Source: Trueperaceae bacterium (GTDB taxonomy: Bacteria; Deinococcota; Deinococci; Deinococcales; Trueperaceae). Taken from it: 54,571 bases of DNA. Under the pieces are notes generated by a model that worked only from the letters and a program-made list of their open reading frames with translations, had not been told where the DNA came from and ran no database searches. Positions 10,473-18,891 of this stretch are shown one piece after another (position 1 is the first letter of the stretch; each line of letters opens with the position of its first letter). The stretch is taken from assembly GCA_035703635.1 (NCBI GenBank), contig DASSXV010000027.1, positions 1-54,571 of the forward strand, written 5' to 3'. The translations under genes were made by a program, and so were the position numbers.

Positions 10473-11246
10473 ATGACCACTCGCACCCGCAGAACCGCGC
10501 TCAGCTTGATCGTCGCGCTAGTTGCCCTGTGGCTGTGCGGCGCCGCGACGGCGGCCACCATGGTTGCCCTGCAAGGCGGTGAGGTCGAGCTCCTCTTCCC
10601 CATCGAGGGCGAGGAGAACACCGTAGTAGCCCCCTTCAGCATCGACATCGTGCCCGTCTCCAACGCTGACTTCCTCGCCTTCTTAGGGACGCACCCCGAG
10701 TGGCAGCGCTCCAAAGTCCCGGAGGTGTTCGCCGGACAGGGTTACCTGCGCGCCTGGCCAGCCGACCTCGACCTCGGCGAGCTCGACCCCTACGCGCCAG
10801 TCACGGACGTCTCCTGGTTCGCCGCGGCCGCCTACTGTGAGGCGCGCGGCGGGCGCCTACCGACCGAAGCTGAGTGGGAGTTCGTGGCCAACGCCGGGTT
10901 CAACGCACCGCGCGGCCGCGACGAGGTCGGCTACAACGAACGCGTCCTCACCCTGACCGCCAACCGCCGCCCCAACCCAGGCCCCGTCGGGCAGGGCGAA
11001 GCCAACTACTACGGCGTCAAGGACATGCACGGACTCGTGTGGGAGTGGGTCTTCGACATCGGCTCGAGCTTCAATACGGGCGACAGCCGCAGCGACGGCG
11101 ACCGCCGCCTCCAACTCGTGTGCGGCGGCGGTAGCGCGGGCGCGGTCGACAAGAGCGACTACGCCGCCTTCCTCCGCTACGCCTTCAGGAGCGGGCTAGA
11201 CGGTGACTACTCCAGCAGCGGCCTAGGCTTCCGCTGCGCCGGCTAA
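10473..11246 (+). CDS. FGE-sulfatase-fold protein, NirV-like, exported
   Basis: PVTDVSWFAAAAYC, RLPTEAEWE, DMHGLVWEW, GLGFRC; signal peptide; directly downstream of nirK. Confidence 0.85.
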   Translation: MTTRTRRTALSLIVALVALWLCGAATAATMVALQGGEVELLFPIEGEENTVVAPFSIDIVPVSNADFLAFLGTHPEWQRSKVPEVFAGQGYLRAWPADLDLGELDPYAPVTDVSWFAAAAYCEARGGRLPTEAEWEFVANAGFNAPRGRDEVGYNERVLTLTANRRPNPGPVGQGEANYYGVKDMHGLVWEWVFDIGSSFNTGDSRSDGDRRLQLVCGGGSAGAVDKSDYAAFLRYAFRSGLDGDYSSSGLGFRCAG

Positions 11247-11256
11247 GGAGGACCAA

Positions 11257-12033
11257 GTGACGACCAAGGTGAAGTTCGCCACGGTTTACAAGGAGATCCT
11301 GACGATGTCGGTCACGCTGCTCCTGGCGTTCCTGCTGGCAGCTTGCGGTGAGCGCGAACCCGCTGCGGTCGCGCCGAGCCCGCAGCCGGCGGCGGCGCAC
11401 GCCGAGCACGCGGCCGCGGTGGATCACGCCGAGCACGCCGTCGTCGAGCACGCGGTCGCTGACCACGCCGTCGCCGACCATGCGGTCGTGGACCACGACG
11501 CCCACGCCGACCATCCCGAAACCCTCGCGGCCGCCGAGATGCCAGGCAGCTCGCTCTTCCACCTGACCGGGGCCTTCACGGCCCAGGACGGGACGGAGTT
11601 CCGCCTCGCCGAACTGTCAGGCAACCCGACTGTGGTGGTGATGTTCTACGGCGACTGCACGACCGCCTGCCCGCTGCTGGTGAAGTCGGCCCAGGACATC
11701 GAGGCCGCGCTCAGCCCGGAGGTGGCCGCCCGTACGCAGTTCCTGATGGTGTCGTTCGACACCGCTCGCGACACTCCAGACAAGCTGCGCGCCTACGGTG
11801 ACGAGAAGGGCCTCGACAAGGACCGCTGGCATTGGCTGATCGGCAGCCCGCTCCTCACGCGCCAGCTCGCTACCCTGCTCGGGGTGCAGTTCCGCGATGC
11901 TGGCAACGGCGTGTTCGCGCACAGCAACATCGTGACGGTCCTAGATTCTGCCGGTGTTCCAGCCGCGCGGCTCGAGGGCCTCGGGGTGGCGCTAGACCCG
12001 GCGCTGGCGGCGATCACGGCCGCCGTCGACTGA
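11257..12033 (+). CDS. SCO1/SenC copper chaperone, lipoprotein with His-rich N-terminal extension
   Basis: Lipobox LAAC; CTTAC (CxxxC) plus distal His in FAHSN; SFDTARDTP. Confidence 0.9.
   Translation: MTTKVKFATVYKEILTMSVTLLLAFLLAACGEREPAAVAPSPQPAAAHAEHAAAVDHAEHAVVEHAVADHAVADHAVVDHDAHADHPETLAAAEMPGSSLFHLTGAFTAQDGTEFRLAELSGNPTVVVMFYGDCTTACPLLVKSAQDIEAALSPEVAARTQFLMVSFDTARDTPDKLRAYGDEKGLDKDRWHWLIGSPLLTRQLATLLGVQFRDAGNGVFAHSNIVTVLDSAGVPAARLEGLGVALDPALAAITAAVD
11431..11505 (+). repeat. Degenerate 15-bp coding tandem repeat (about 5 units; [E/D]HAV[V/A])
   Basis: gagcacgccgtcgtc / gagcacgcggtcgct / gaccacgccgtcgcc / gaccatgcggtcgtg / gaccacgacgcccac. Confidence 0.8.
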
Positions 12034-12056
12034 GGCTAATGGCGCGCTTCGCCCTA

Positions 12057-12980
12057 TCACTCCGCCCCTAGACTCCTAAGCGCAAGCCGCACGTTGTCAG
12101 CGTGGTCGGCTAGCGCCGCTCGCGCGCGCTCGGCGCTCACGTCTGCCTTGGCTGCCACGATGGCGCAGCGGATGTTTCCCCCGCACGCCTCCAGCGCAGT
12201 AGATGCCGCCGCCTCGTCCACCTGGGCGCCTTGCGCCACGATCTTCACGGCCCTCACGCGCAACTTGGCGTTGACGGGGCGCATGCCGACCATGAGGTTC
12301 TCGTAAGCGCCGCCTAGACGAACGAGCGCCGTGGTCGAGAGCGCGTTGAGCGCTACTTTCTGCGCCGTGCCGGCTGCAAGGCGCGTGCTGCCAGCAAGGA
12401 CTTCAGGTCCCGTCTCCAACAGCACGCCGACCTCGCCTGCGGTGAGGAGCGGGGTGTCAGGGTTGTTGGCGATGCCCACGGTGAAGGCGCCCAAAGCGCG
12501 CGCGCGCCGCACTGCCGCTACGGTGTATGGCGTGGCGCCGCTGGCCGCCACGCCGACAAGTGCGTCTAGCGCGCCGACGCCGATGGCCGCTACGTCCTCT
12601 GCCGCAGCGAGCACGTCGTCCTCGGCGCCTTCTTGTGCGCGGCTCTGCGCCGTACTGCCGCCAGCTAGGAGGGTGGTGGCGTGATCGAAGCCGAAGGTAG
12701 GGGCGAGCTCCGCTGCGTCTTGCAGTCCGAGCCGGCCGGACGTTCCAGCGCCAGCGTAGATGAGGCGGCCGCCCCGCCGCAGGCGCTCCTCGACCCCGGC
12801 GACCGCGCGCTCGAGTTCAGGTAGCGCGCGCTCGACGGCGTCGACGGCGCGGCGGTTCGAAGCGGTGATGGCCCTGAGGATGTCGGCGGCCGGCCAAGCA
12901 TCGAGGCCAGAGTAGTCGGCGGCGGCGGCCTCGGTGGCAGCGTGGGCGTCTAGAGCTATGGGCCGCGCCGCATCGCTCAT
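12057..12980 (-). CDS. murQ: N-acetylmuramic acid 6-phosphate etherase
   Basis: GAGTSGRLG, EGAED, AASGATPY, GPEVLAGSTRLAAGTAQK. ATG 12980 overlaps the upstream stop (ATGA). Confidence 0.93.
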   Translation of the reverse strand: MSDAARPIALDAHAATEAAAADYSGLDAWPAADILRAITASNRRAVDAVERALPELERAVAGVEERLRRGGRLIYAGAGTSGRLGLQDAAELAPTFGFDHATTLLAGGSTAQSRAQEGAEDDVLAAAEDVAAIGVGALDALVGVAASGATPYTVAAVRRARALGAFTVGIANNPDTPLLTAGEVGVLLETGPEVLAGSTRLAAGTAQKVALNALSTTALVRLGGAYENLMVGMRPVNAKLRVRAVKIVAQGAQVDEAAASTALEACGGNIRCAIVAAKADVSAERARAALADHADNVRLALRSLGAE

Positions 12981-13984
12981 AACTCCCCCTCCGTGCGCTG
13001 GTACGTGCGCCACACCCGGGCTCCAAGCTTGCCGTAGAAGGTCGTTAGCGTCGTCCAGTTGATCAGCAAGTCGGTGGCGCCGCGCTCCTGTAGCCACTGC
13101 GCGCCCGCGCGCACGATGGCCAACCCAAGGCCGGCGCCGCGCACCTCGCCTGAGACCCCTAGCGGCCCCATGCCGGCAACGCGCACGGGGCCGACGTCGC
13201 TGGTTAGCGCGCTGCGCCAGTAGAGGCTGGGACCAAGGAAAGCCTCCTCACCCTGGAAGACTGCGCAGAACCCGTAGGCTTCTGCCGAGTCTCCGGCGGC
13301 GGTGTCGGCCTCCCTCGCTATGGTTAGGACCGTGCTGCCGGCCGCGATGTAAGCCTCCAGCTCGTGGGTCCAGCGGCCAGGGAAGGTGCGGGCAACGAAG
13401 CGCATGGCGCCGTCCGGGTCGTCGCTTCGTACCCGCCAACCGGGCGCGAGAGGCGCTGGCGGCAGCGGGCGGCGCAGGTCGATGTGGAGGTCGTGCTCCG
13501 CCGCCGTGAAACGCGCACCCGCGCGGCGAGCTAGCAGCCACAGCGCGGCTGAGGACTCTTGCGGCGGCCCAGGAAGGAGGTGGTTGGCGTCGCTACCCAA
13601 CTTGAAGCGCGTGGCGCCCGCGGCGCGCAGCCGCGCCAACAACTCGGCGAGTAGGCGCGTGCCGATCCCCCTGCCCTGCCGGGTCGCGGCGACGGCCAGT
13701 AGCGTCACCCACCCGACGTCCTGCGGTTGCCACGCCGCCGTCGGCAGGCGGCCGTAAGCCACGCCAACCAGCTCGTCCGCCTCGAAGGCGCCGATGAGCA
13801 GGTCAGGCTGATGGTGAAGCGCGAGGCGCTCGCGCCAGACGCGCTCCTCAAGCGGGTACAGCGTCACCTGGCCCCAGGCGGAGGCCCATAGCGCTGGCAC
13901 CGTGGCCGCCTCGGCTGGCGTTAGCTCGCGGATGGTCGCGGCGGTAGGCCGAGCGCTGGTTGAGTTGGCGTGCTGTTCGGTCAC
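12977..13984 (-). CDS. Tandem-GNAT acetyltransferase (GlmA/Ngs1-like, putative amino-sugar N-acetyltransferase)
   Basis: Two acetyl-CoA motifs (RQGRGIG and GPLGV...RGAGLG), plus LGSDANHLLPGPP and INWTTLTTFYGKLG; coupled between gntR and murQ. Confidence 0.75.
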   Translation of the reverse strand: MTEQHANSTSARPTAATIRELTPAEAATVPALWASAWGQVTLYPLEERVWRERLALHHQPDLLIGAFEADELVGVAYGRLPTAAWQPQDVGWVTLLAVAATRQGRGIGTRLLAELLARLRAAGATRFKLGSDANHLLPGPPQESSAALWLLARRAGARFTAAEHDLHIDLRRPLPPAPLAPGWRVRSDDPDGAMRFVARTFPGRWTHELEAYIAAGSTVLTIAREADTAAGDSAEAYGFCAVFQGEEAFLGPSLYWRSALTSDVGPVRVAGMGPLGVSGEVRGAGLGLAIVRAGAQWLQERGATDLLINWTTLTTFYGKLGARVWRTYQRTEGEL

Positions 13985-14727
13985 TGCGCCCTCAAATCAA
14001 GCGCCATGCGGTAGCGGTCGCCGCGGTATGCGCTGCGCACGTACTCGAACGGGCGCTCGTCGGTTCCGTAAGTCGTGCGTTCCAGGGCAAGCACCGGCAC
14101 GCCCTGGCCGATGCCGAGGGTAGCGGCCTCGCTGCGCGTCGGTGGGCGAGCGCCGATGGTTTGGCGCGCACGCACCGGCCGGATGCCGAACTGCAGCTCG
14201 AGGGTCCGGTACAGCGAACCCGTGCGCTCCAGCTCGGTGGTAGAGAGCGTGATGAGCTGCGTAGGCAGGTGCGCTTCCTGCAGCGCAAGCGGCTCGCCGT
14301 CTGCCGTACGCAGGCGGGTTACGCGCAAGACCATGGCGCCAGGCTGCAGCTCGAGCGCGGCGCTCGTGGGCTCGTCCGCCACGACGCGCTCGACCCGCAC
14401 GATGCGCGCGCCTGCTTTGAGGCCCAAGTTGCGGGCCTCCTCAGTGAAGCCGAGCACGCGGTCGATGATCTGCTCGAGCGGCTGTCCCTTCACGTACGTG
14501 CCTGAACCCTGGCGCTGCTCGACACGGCCAGCTTTCGAGAGCTCCTCGAACGCGCGCCTCACCGTCATGCGAGACAACCCAAGCCCGATGGCTAGGCCGC
14601 GTTCAGATGGCAGCGCGCTACCAGGGCTCATGTGGCCAAGCTCGATGGCGCGAACCAGCTGATCCTTCAGCTGCAGGTACGCGGGTGTTGGCAGCGCTTT
14701 GTCGATCCGGATCTCGCTGAGCCTCAT
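13981..14727 (-). CDS. GntR/HutC-family regulator with UTRA domain (NagR/DasR-like)
   Basis: PAYLQLK, LPSERGLA...SRMTVRRA, QGSGTYV; UTRA segment SLYRTLE...YRGDRY. Confidence 0.9.
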   Translation of the reverse strand: MRLSEIRIDKALPTPAYLQLKDQLVRAIELGHMSPGSALPSERGLAIGLGLSRMTVRRAFEELSKAGRVEQRQGSGTYVKGQPLEQIIDRVLGFTEEARNLGLKAGARIVRVERVVADEPTSAALELQPGAMVLRVTRLRTADGEPLALQEAHLPTQLITLSTTELERTGSLYRTLELQFGIRPVRARQTIGARPPTRSEAATLGIGQGVPVLALERTTYGTDERPFEYVRSAYRGDRYRMALDLRAQ

Positions 14728-14791
14728 GACTTGCCGTGGTCCCTTCCAGTAGCGCGGGGGCGCCCGAACGGGTGAGTGAATTGCCTTGGAG

Positions 14792-14809
14792 CGTACCACT
14801 GCTATACCA
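14792..14809. promoter_or_regulatory. Candidate GntR operator, copy 1
   Basis: CGTACCACTGCTATACCA, 16/18 identical to 44452-44469. Confidence 0.6.
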
Positions 14810-14970
14810 TCAGTCAACCTCCGCGGTTCTCGTTAGCGTCTATGGTGACGCTGCGGGGCAAGAGTGGCTGCTCCCTGACTACTGATCGGCGCCCGGGCAG
14901 CGCTTCAGTGGTCTCTAAGTGGCCTATCTTGGAGGTAGTACTTCTGGCTCGTAGGAACAAGGAGGCATGA

Positions 14971-16737
14971 ATGCCACGCAAGACGTTCACCACGCTTCTT
15001 CTCGCCCTGACACTCGTCGCGGGCGGAGCCGCGTTCGCGCAACCGAAGGTAGTCGACTACCCCGGCCTCGGCATGACGCCAGGCAACGTGGGCGGCACCA
15101 TCACCCTCGGTCTCGCAGACTCGCCGCCCACTTTCCTCTACTACGCCCAGATCGACAACAACACCCAGACCCTGACGGGAGTCGTGTTCGACTCGCTCGT
15201 CGAGTTCAACCTCGAGACCTACGCCATCGAGCCTGGCCTCGCCGCCAGCTGGGACGTCAGCCCGGACGGCACCGTGTACACCTTCCACCTGCGTCAGGGC
15301 GTCACCTGGCACGACGGCACGCCGTTCACCGCGGCGGACGTCATCTTCACGTACACGCAGATCATCGCCAACCCGGAGGCGCGCGCCGGCGACGCCGCCG
15401 CGTTCGTGTTCACGGTTGACGGCGAACAGCGCCCCGTCACGTTCGACGCCCCAGACGACGCCACCGTCGTCATGACGCTCCCGGCGCCAGCGGCGGCGTT
15501 CCTGCTGCAGCAGCGCTTCCCGATCATGCCGAAGCACAAGCTCGTCAAGTTCTCGGTCGAGGGCGGCGCAGCGCAGGCAGACATCAACAACGGCTGGGCG
15601 ACGGACACCCCCTTGTCCGAGATCGTCGGCACCGGGCCATTCATGTACGACACCTACGTGGCTGGCCAGAAGGTTGGCCTCGTGCGCAACCCGAACTACT
15701 GGAAGGTAGACGCGGCCGGCACTAGCCTCCCGTACGCCGAGCGCCTCGATTACCTCGTCGTGCGTGGCAACGAAGCGCAAGCTGCGCAGTTCCTCGCAGG
15801 CAACCTCGCCACGCTGAACATCTCTGGCGCCCAGTTCCCAGACTTCAAGAGCCGCGAAGTTGCCGGTGCGGACTTCCGCGTCGTCACCAGCCCCGCCCTC
15901 TTCGGCTCGCCGCCCCATATCGCCTTCAACTTCGACGACTCGCAGTTCGCAGCCGAGTTCTCCAACGTGGCCTTCCGTCGCGCCATGGAGCAGGCCGTGG
16001 ACCGCCAGCGCATCATCGACGACGTCTACAACGGGCTCGCCGAGATCCCAGGCACCCCAACGGCGCCAGCAGACGGCACCTTCTACGAGGACACGAAGAG
16101 CCTCATGTTGCCGTTCGACCTGACCGCCGCCGCCGCCGCCCTTGACGCTCTCGGCATCAAGGACACCAACAATAACGGCGTGCGCAACGTGCCCTCCGGC
16201 GCCGAACTCGAGTTCTCACTCACCTACAACTCCGACTCGAGCACCTTCACGGACATGGCCACCATCTTGCAGAATGACTTCGCCAAGATCGGCGTCAAGG
16301 CCAACCTCGTCGGCGTGCAGGGCTCTGCCCTGCTCTCCACTGGCCTCGCAGGCGACTACCAGGCCATCATCATCGCGTTAGGCAACCAGCCCGACCCGGA
16401 ACTCCGCAAGCCGATCTGGCAGCCTGGCGGCTCGCTCTACTACTGGCACCGCTCCACGCAACCAGCAGTGCCGGGCGGCCCAGCCAACTTCGCGGCCATG
16501 GCCGATTGGGAGAAGCGCATCTACGACATATTCGACCAGGGCACTACCCTCGTCGACCGCGACGCGCGCATAGCTCTCTACAAGGAATGGCAGCGCATCA
16601 ACGCCGAGATGGTGCCCGTCATCATGATCGCCAAGCCGGCCAACATCGCCGCCGTGCACGCCAGCATCGGCAATTACGTCTACAACCTGGGTGTCATCCC
16701 CGGGTACAACCCCGTCCCGCTCTACTTCGTCGAATAA
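14971..16737 (+). CDS. ABC transporter substrate-binding protein (family 5, OppA/DppA-like)
   Basis: Signal peptide (AFA-Q); LAASWDVSPDG, LRQGVTWHDG, GTGPF, RNPNYWK. Confidence 0.92.
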   Translation: MPRKTFTTLLLALTLVAGGAAFAQPKVVDYPGLGMTPGNVGGTITLGLADSPPTFLYYAQIDNNTQTLTGVVFDSLVEFNLETYAIEPGLAASWDVSPDGTVYTFHLRQGVTWHDGTPFTAADVIFTYTQIIANPEARAGDAAAFVFTVDGEQRPVTFDAPDDATVVMTLPAPAAAFLLQQRFPIMPKHKLVKFSVEGGAAQADINNGWATDTPLSEIVGTGPFMYDTYVAGQKVGLVRNPNYWKVDAAGTSLPYAERLDYLVVRGNEAQAAQFLAGNLATLNISGAQFPDFKSREVAGADFRVVTSPALFGSPPHIAFNFDDSQFAAEFSNVAFRRAMEQAVDRQRIIDDVYNGLAEIPGTPTAPADGTFYEDTKSLMLPFDLTAAAAALDALGIKDTNNNGVRNVPSGAELEFSLTYNSDSSTFTDMATILQNDFAKIGVKANLVGVQGSALLSTGLAGDYQAIIIALGNQPDPELRKPIWQPGGSLYYWHRSTQPAVPGGPANFAAMADWEKRIYDIFDQGTTLVDRDARIALYKEWQRINAEMVPVIMIAKPANIAAVHASIGNYVYNLGVIPGYNPVPLYFVE

Positions 16738-16757
16738 CGACTGGCTAACCAACACCA

Positions 16758-16791
16758 AGCCGGGCCGACTACTAAGCCAGTCGGCCCGGCT
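16758..16791 (+). terminator. 13-bp perfect intercistronic hairpin after the SBP gene
   Basis: AGCCGGGCCGACT / ACTAAGCC / AGTCGGCCCGGCT, at the usual position of SBP-mRNA stabilising hairpins. Confidence 0.65.
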
Positions 16792-16813
16792 CATCTAGAG
16801 TGGAGACCAGCTT

Positions 16814-17785
16814 ATGTTCGCCTACCTGATCAGACGCGTGCTGATCATGCTCCCGACGATCCTCCTGGTGTCTGTCGTCTGCTTCATCGTCATCCAAGCG
16901 GCGCCCGGTTCGTTCACGGACCGCTACCTGGAGGACCCGCGCATGGGGCCAGAGGCCGTCGTGCGCATCAACGCGCAACTCGGCCTCGACAAGCCCCTCG
17001 CGCAGCAGTACCTCCGCTGGGTCAGCGGCATCGTCACGCGCCTCGACTTCGGTTACAGCTTCTTCGCGAACCGCCCAGTCTCGACCGTCATCGGCGAGCG
17101 GCTCTTCTGGACCGTCGTCGTGGCGGGCATAACCATGCTCTTCTCGTGGCTGGTGGCCGTTCCGCTCGGTATCTTCACGGCGCTGCGGCGCAATGGGTTC
17201 ACGGACGCCGTCGCCAGCTTCATCGGCTACGTCGGCCTCGCCGTTCCCGACTTCCTTATCGCACTCCTGCTCATCGCCCTCGTGCTGCAAACGGGCGGCA
17301 CGCAAGTCGGTGGGTTGTTCAGCCCCAAGTACATCGGCGCGCCATGGAGTTGGGACAAGTTCCTCGACTTCCTCAACCACATGTGGATCCCAATCCTCGC
17401 CATCGGCACCACCGGCGTGGCTTCCGTCATGCGGCAGATGCGCGCGAACCTACTGGACGTCCTCAACGCCGATTACGTGCGCACCGCGCGCTCGAAGGGC
17501 CTCCCGGAGCGCCGCGTCATCAACCGCCACGCAGTGCGCACCGCCATCAACCCCCTTATCTCCATGCTCGGCCTCAGCCTCCCGGAACTCATAAACGGCA
17601 CCATCATCGCGAGTATCGTCCTCAACCTGCCGACCATCGGTCCGCTCCTGTACGACTCGCTCCTCGCGAAAGACCAGTACGTCGCTATGTCGCTCCTCCT
17701 CCTCGCCAGCGCGCTGCTCATGGTCGGCAACCTCCTCGCCGACCTGGCTCTCGCGTGGGTCGATCCGCGGATCCGCTATGACTGA
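16814..17785 (+). CDS. ABC transporter permease (OppB/DppB-like)
   Basis: DFGYSF, DYVRTARSKG EAA-type loop, VDPRIR C-terminus. Confidence 0.92.
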   Translation: MFAYLIRRVLIMLPTILLVSVVCFIVIQAAPGSFTDRYLEDPRMGPEAVVRINAQLGLDKPLAQQYLRWVSGIVTRLDFGYSFFANRPVSTVIGERLFWTVVVAGITMLFSWLVAVPLGIFTALRRNGFTDAVASFIGYVGLAVPDFLIALLLIALVLQTGGTQVGGLFSPKYIGAPWSWDKFLDFLNHMWIPILAIGTTGVASVMRQMRANLLDVLNADYVRTARSKGLPERRVINRHAVRTAINPLISMLGLSLPELINGTIIASIVLNLPTIGPLLYDSLLAKDQYVAMSLLLLASALLMVGNLLADLALAWVDPRIRYD

Positions 17786-18887
17786 CGCCCAGGCGGCCGC
17801 GCCGGCAGCGGTCAAGACCGAGTTCGGGCCCAGCCAGCGCGTCCTCGCGTGGCGGCGCTTCACGCGCTCGCGCACTGGCGTCATTGGCGCCGTCATCCTC
17901 GTGCTCCTCTACCTGACGGCGGCAACGGCGGAGTTCCTCGCCCCGTACGAGGTCACCACGCAGCACCGCGCCGTCTACCAGCCGCCGCAACCCATCAGGG
18001 TGTGGCACGAGGGGCGGTTGACGTGGCCGTTCACGTACGCCATGCAGCAAGAGCGCGACCCCGTTACTTTCCGGCGCATCTTCGCCCCAAACTTGGAGGA
18101 ACCGCTACCACTGCGCCTGTTCGTCAAGGGAGAGAAGTACACCTTCTTGGGGCTCTTCGCCACCGACCGTCACCTCTTCGGCGCCGTCGGCGGCGACTAC
18201 TACCCGCTCGGCACGGACCGCTTCGGGCGCGACCTCTTCTCACGCATGCTCGTCGGGTCCCAAGTCTCGCTCACGGTGGGGCTCATCGGGATAATCATCT
18301 CGTTCGGAATCGGCATCCTCGTCGGTGGCCTGAGCGGTTACTACGGCGGCTGGGTCGATCAGGTGCTGCAACGCCTCGTCGAGGTGCTGCTCAGCTTCCC
18401 GCGTATACCCATCCTGCTAGCCTTGGCGACCGTCATCCCCACTACCTGGCCGTCTACTTACGTCTACCTTGGCATCGTCGTCGTGCTCGCCTCCATCGGC
18501 TGGGCCGGGCTCGCGCGGGTGGTGCGCGGGCAGGTGTTGGCCGTGCGCGAGACGGAGTTCGTGACGGCGGCAAGGGCGCTCGGCGTGCGCGACCTCACCA
18601 TCGTCATCAAGCACGTCGTGCCGAACCTCGCCTCCTACCTCGTCGTGGCCGCCACCCTCGCGCTGCCCGGTTACATCCTGGGCGAGAGCGCGCTGTCGTT
18701 CCTCGGCCTCGGCGTCAAGGAGCCCATGACGTCGTGGGGCCTGCTCCTCAAGGACGCGCAGAACTTCGAGTCGCTGCGGCTATACCCCTGGCTGTTGGCG
18801 CCAGGCGCCCTCATCGTCATCTCGGTGCTGGCGTTCAACTTCGTTGGCGACGCCCTGCGGGACGCCGCCGACGTGAGATCGAGGTGA
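17778..18887 (+). CDS. ABC transporter permease (OppC/DppC-like)
   Basis: LGTDRFGRDLFSR, EFVTAARALG, ESALSFLGLG, FVGDALRDA. Confidence 0.92.
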   Translation: MTDAQAAAPAAVKTEFGPSQRVLAWRRFTRSRTGVIGAVILVLLYLTAATAEFLAPYEVTTQHRAVYQPPQPIRVWHEGRLTWPFTYAMQQERDPVTFRRIFAPNLEEPLPLRLFVKGEKYTFLGLFATDRHLFGAVGGDYYPLGTDRFGRDLFSRMLVGSQVSLTVGLIGIIISFGIGILVGGLSGYYGGWVDQVLQRLVEVLLSFPRIPILLALATVIPTTWPSTYVYLGIVVVLASIGWAGLARVVRGQVLAVRETEFVTAARALGVRDLTIVIKHVVPNLASYLVVAATLALPGYILGESALSFLGLGVKEPMTSWGLLLKDAQNFESLRLYPWLLAPGALIVISVLAFNFVGDALRDAADVRSR

Positions 18888-18891
18888 CCAA

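Noticed and set aside
11431-11505. Possible CRISPR-like repeat
   Set aside because: Contiguous in-frame 15-bp coding repeats with no spacers and no cas genes.
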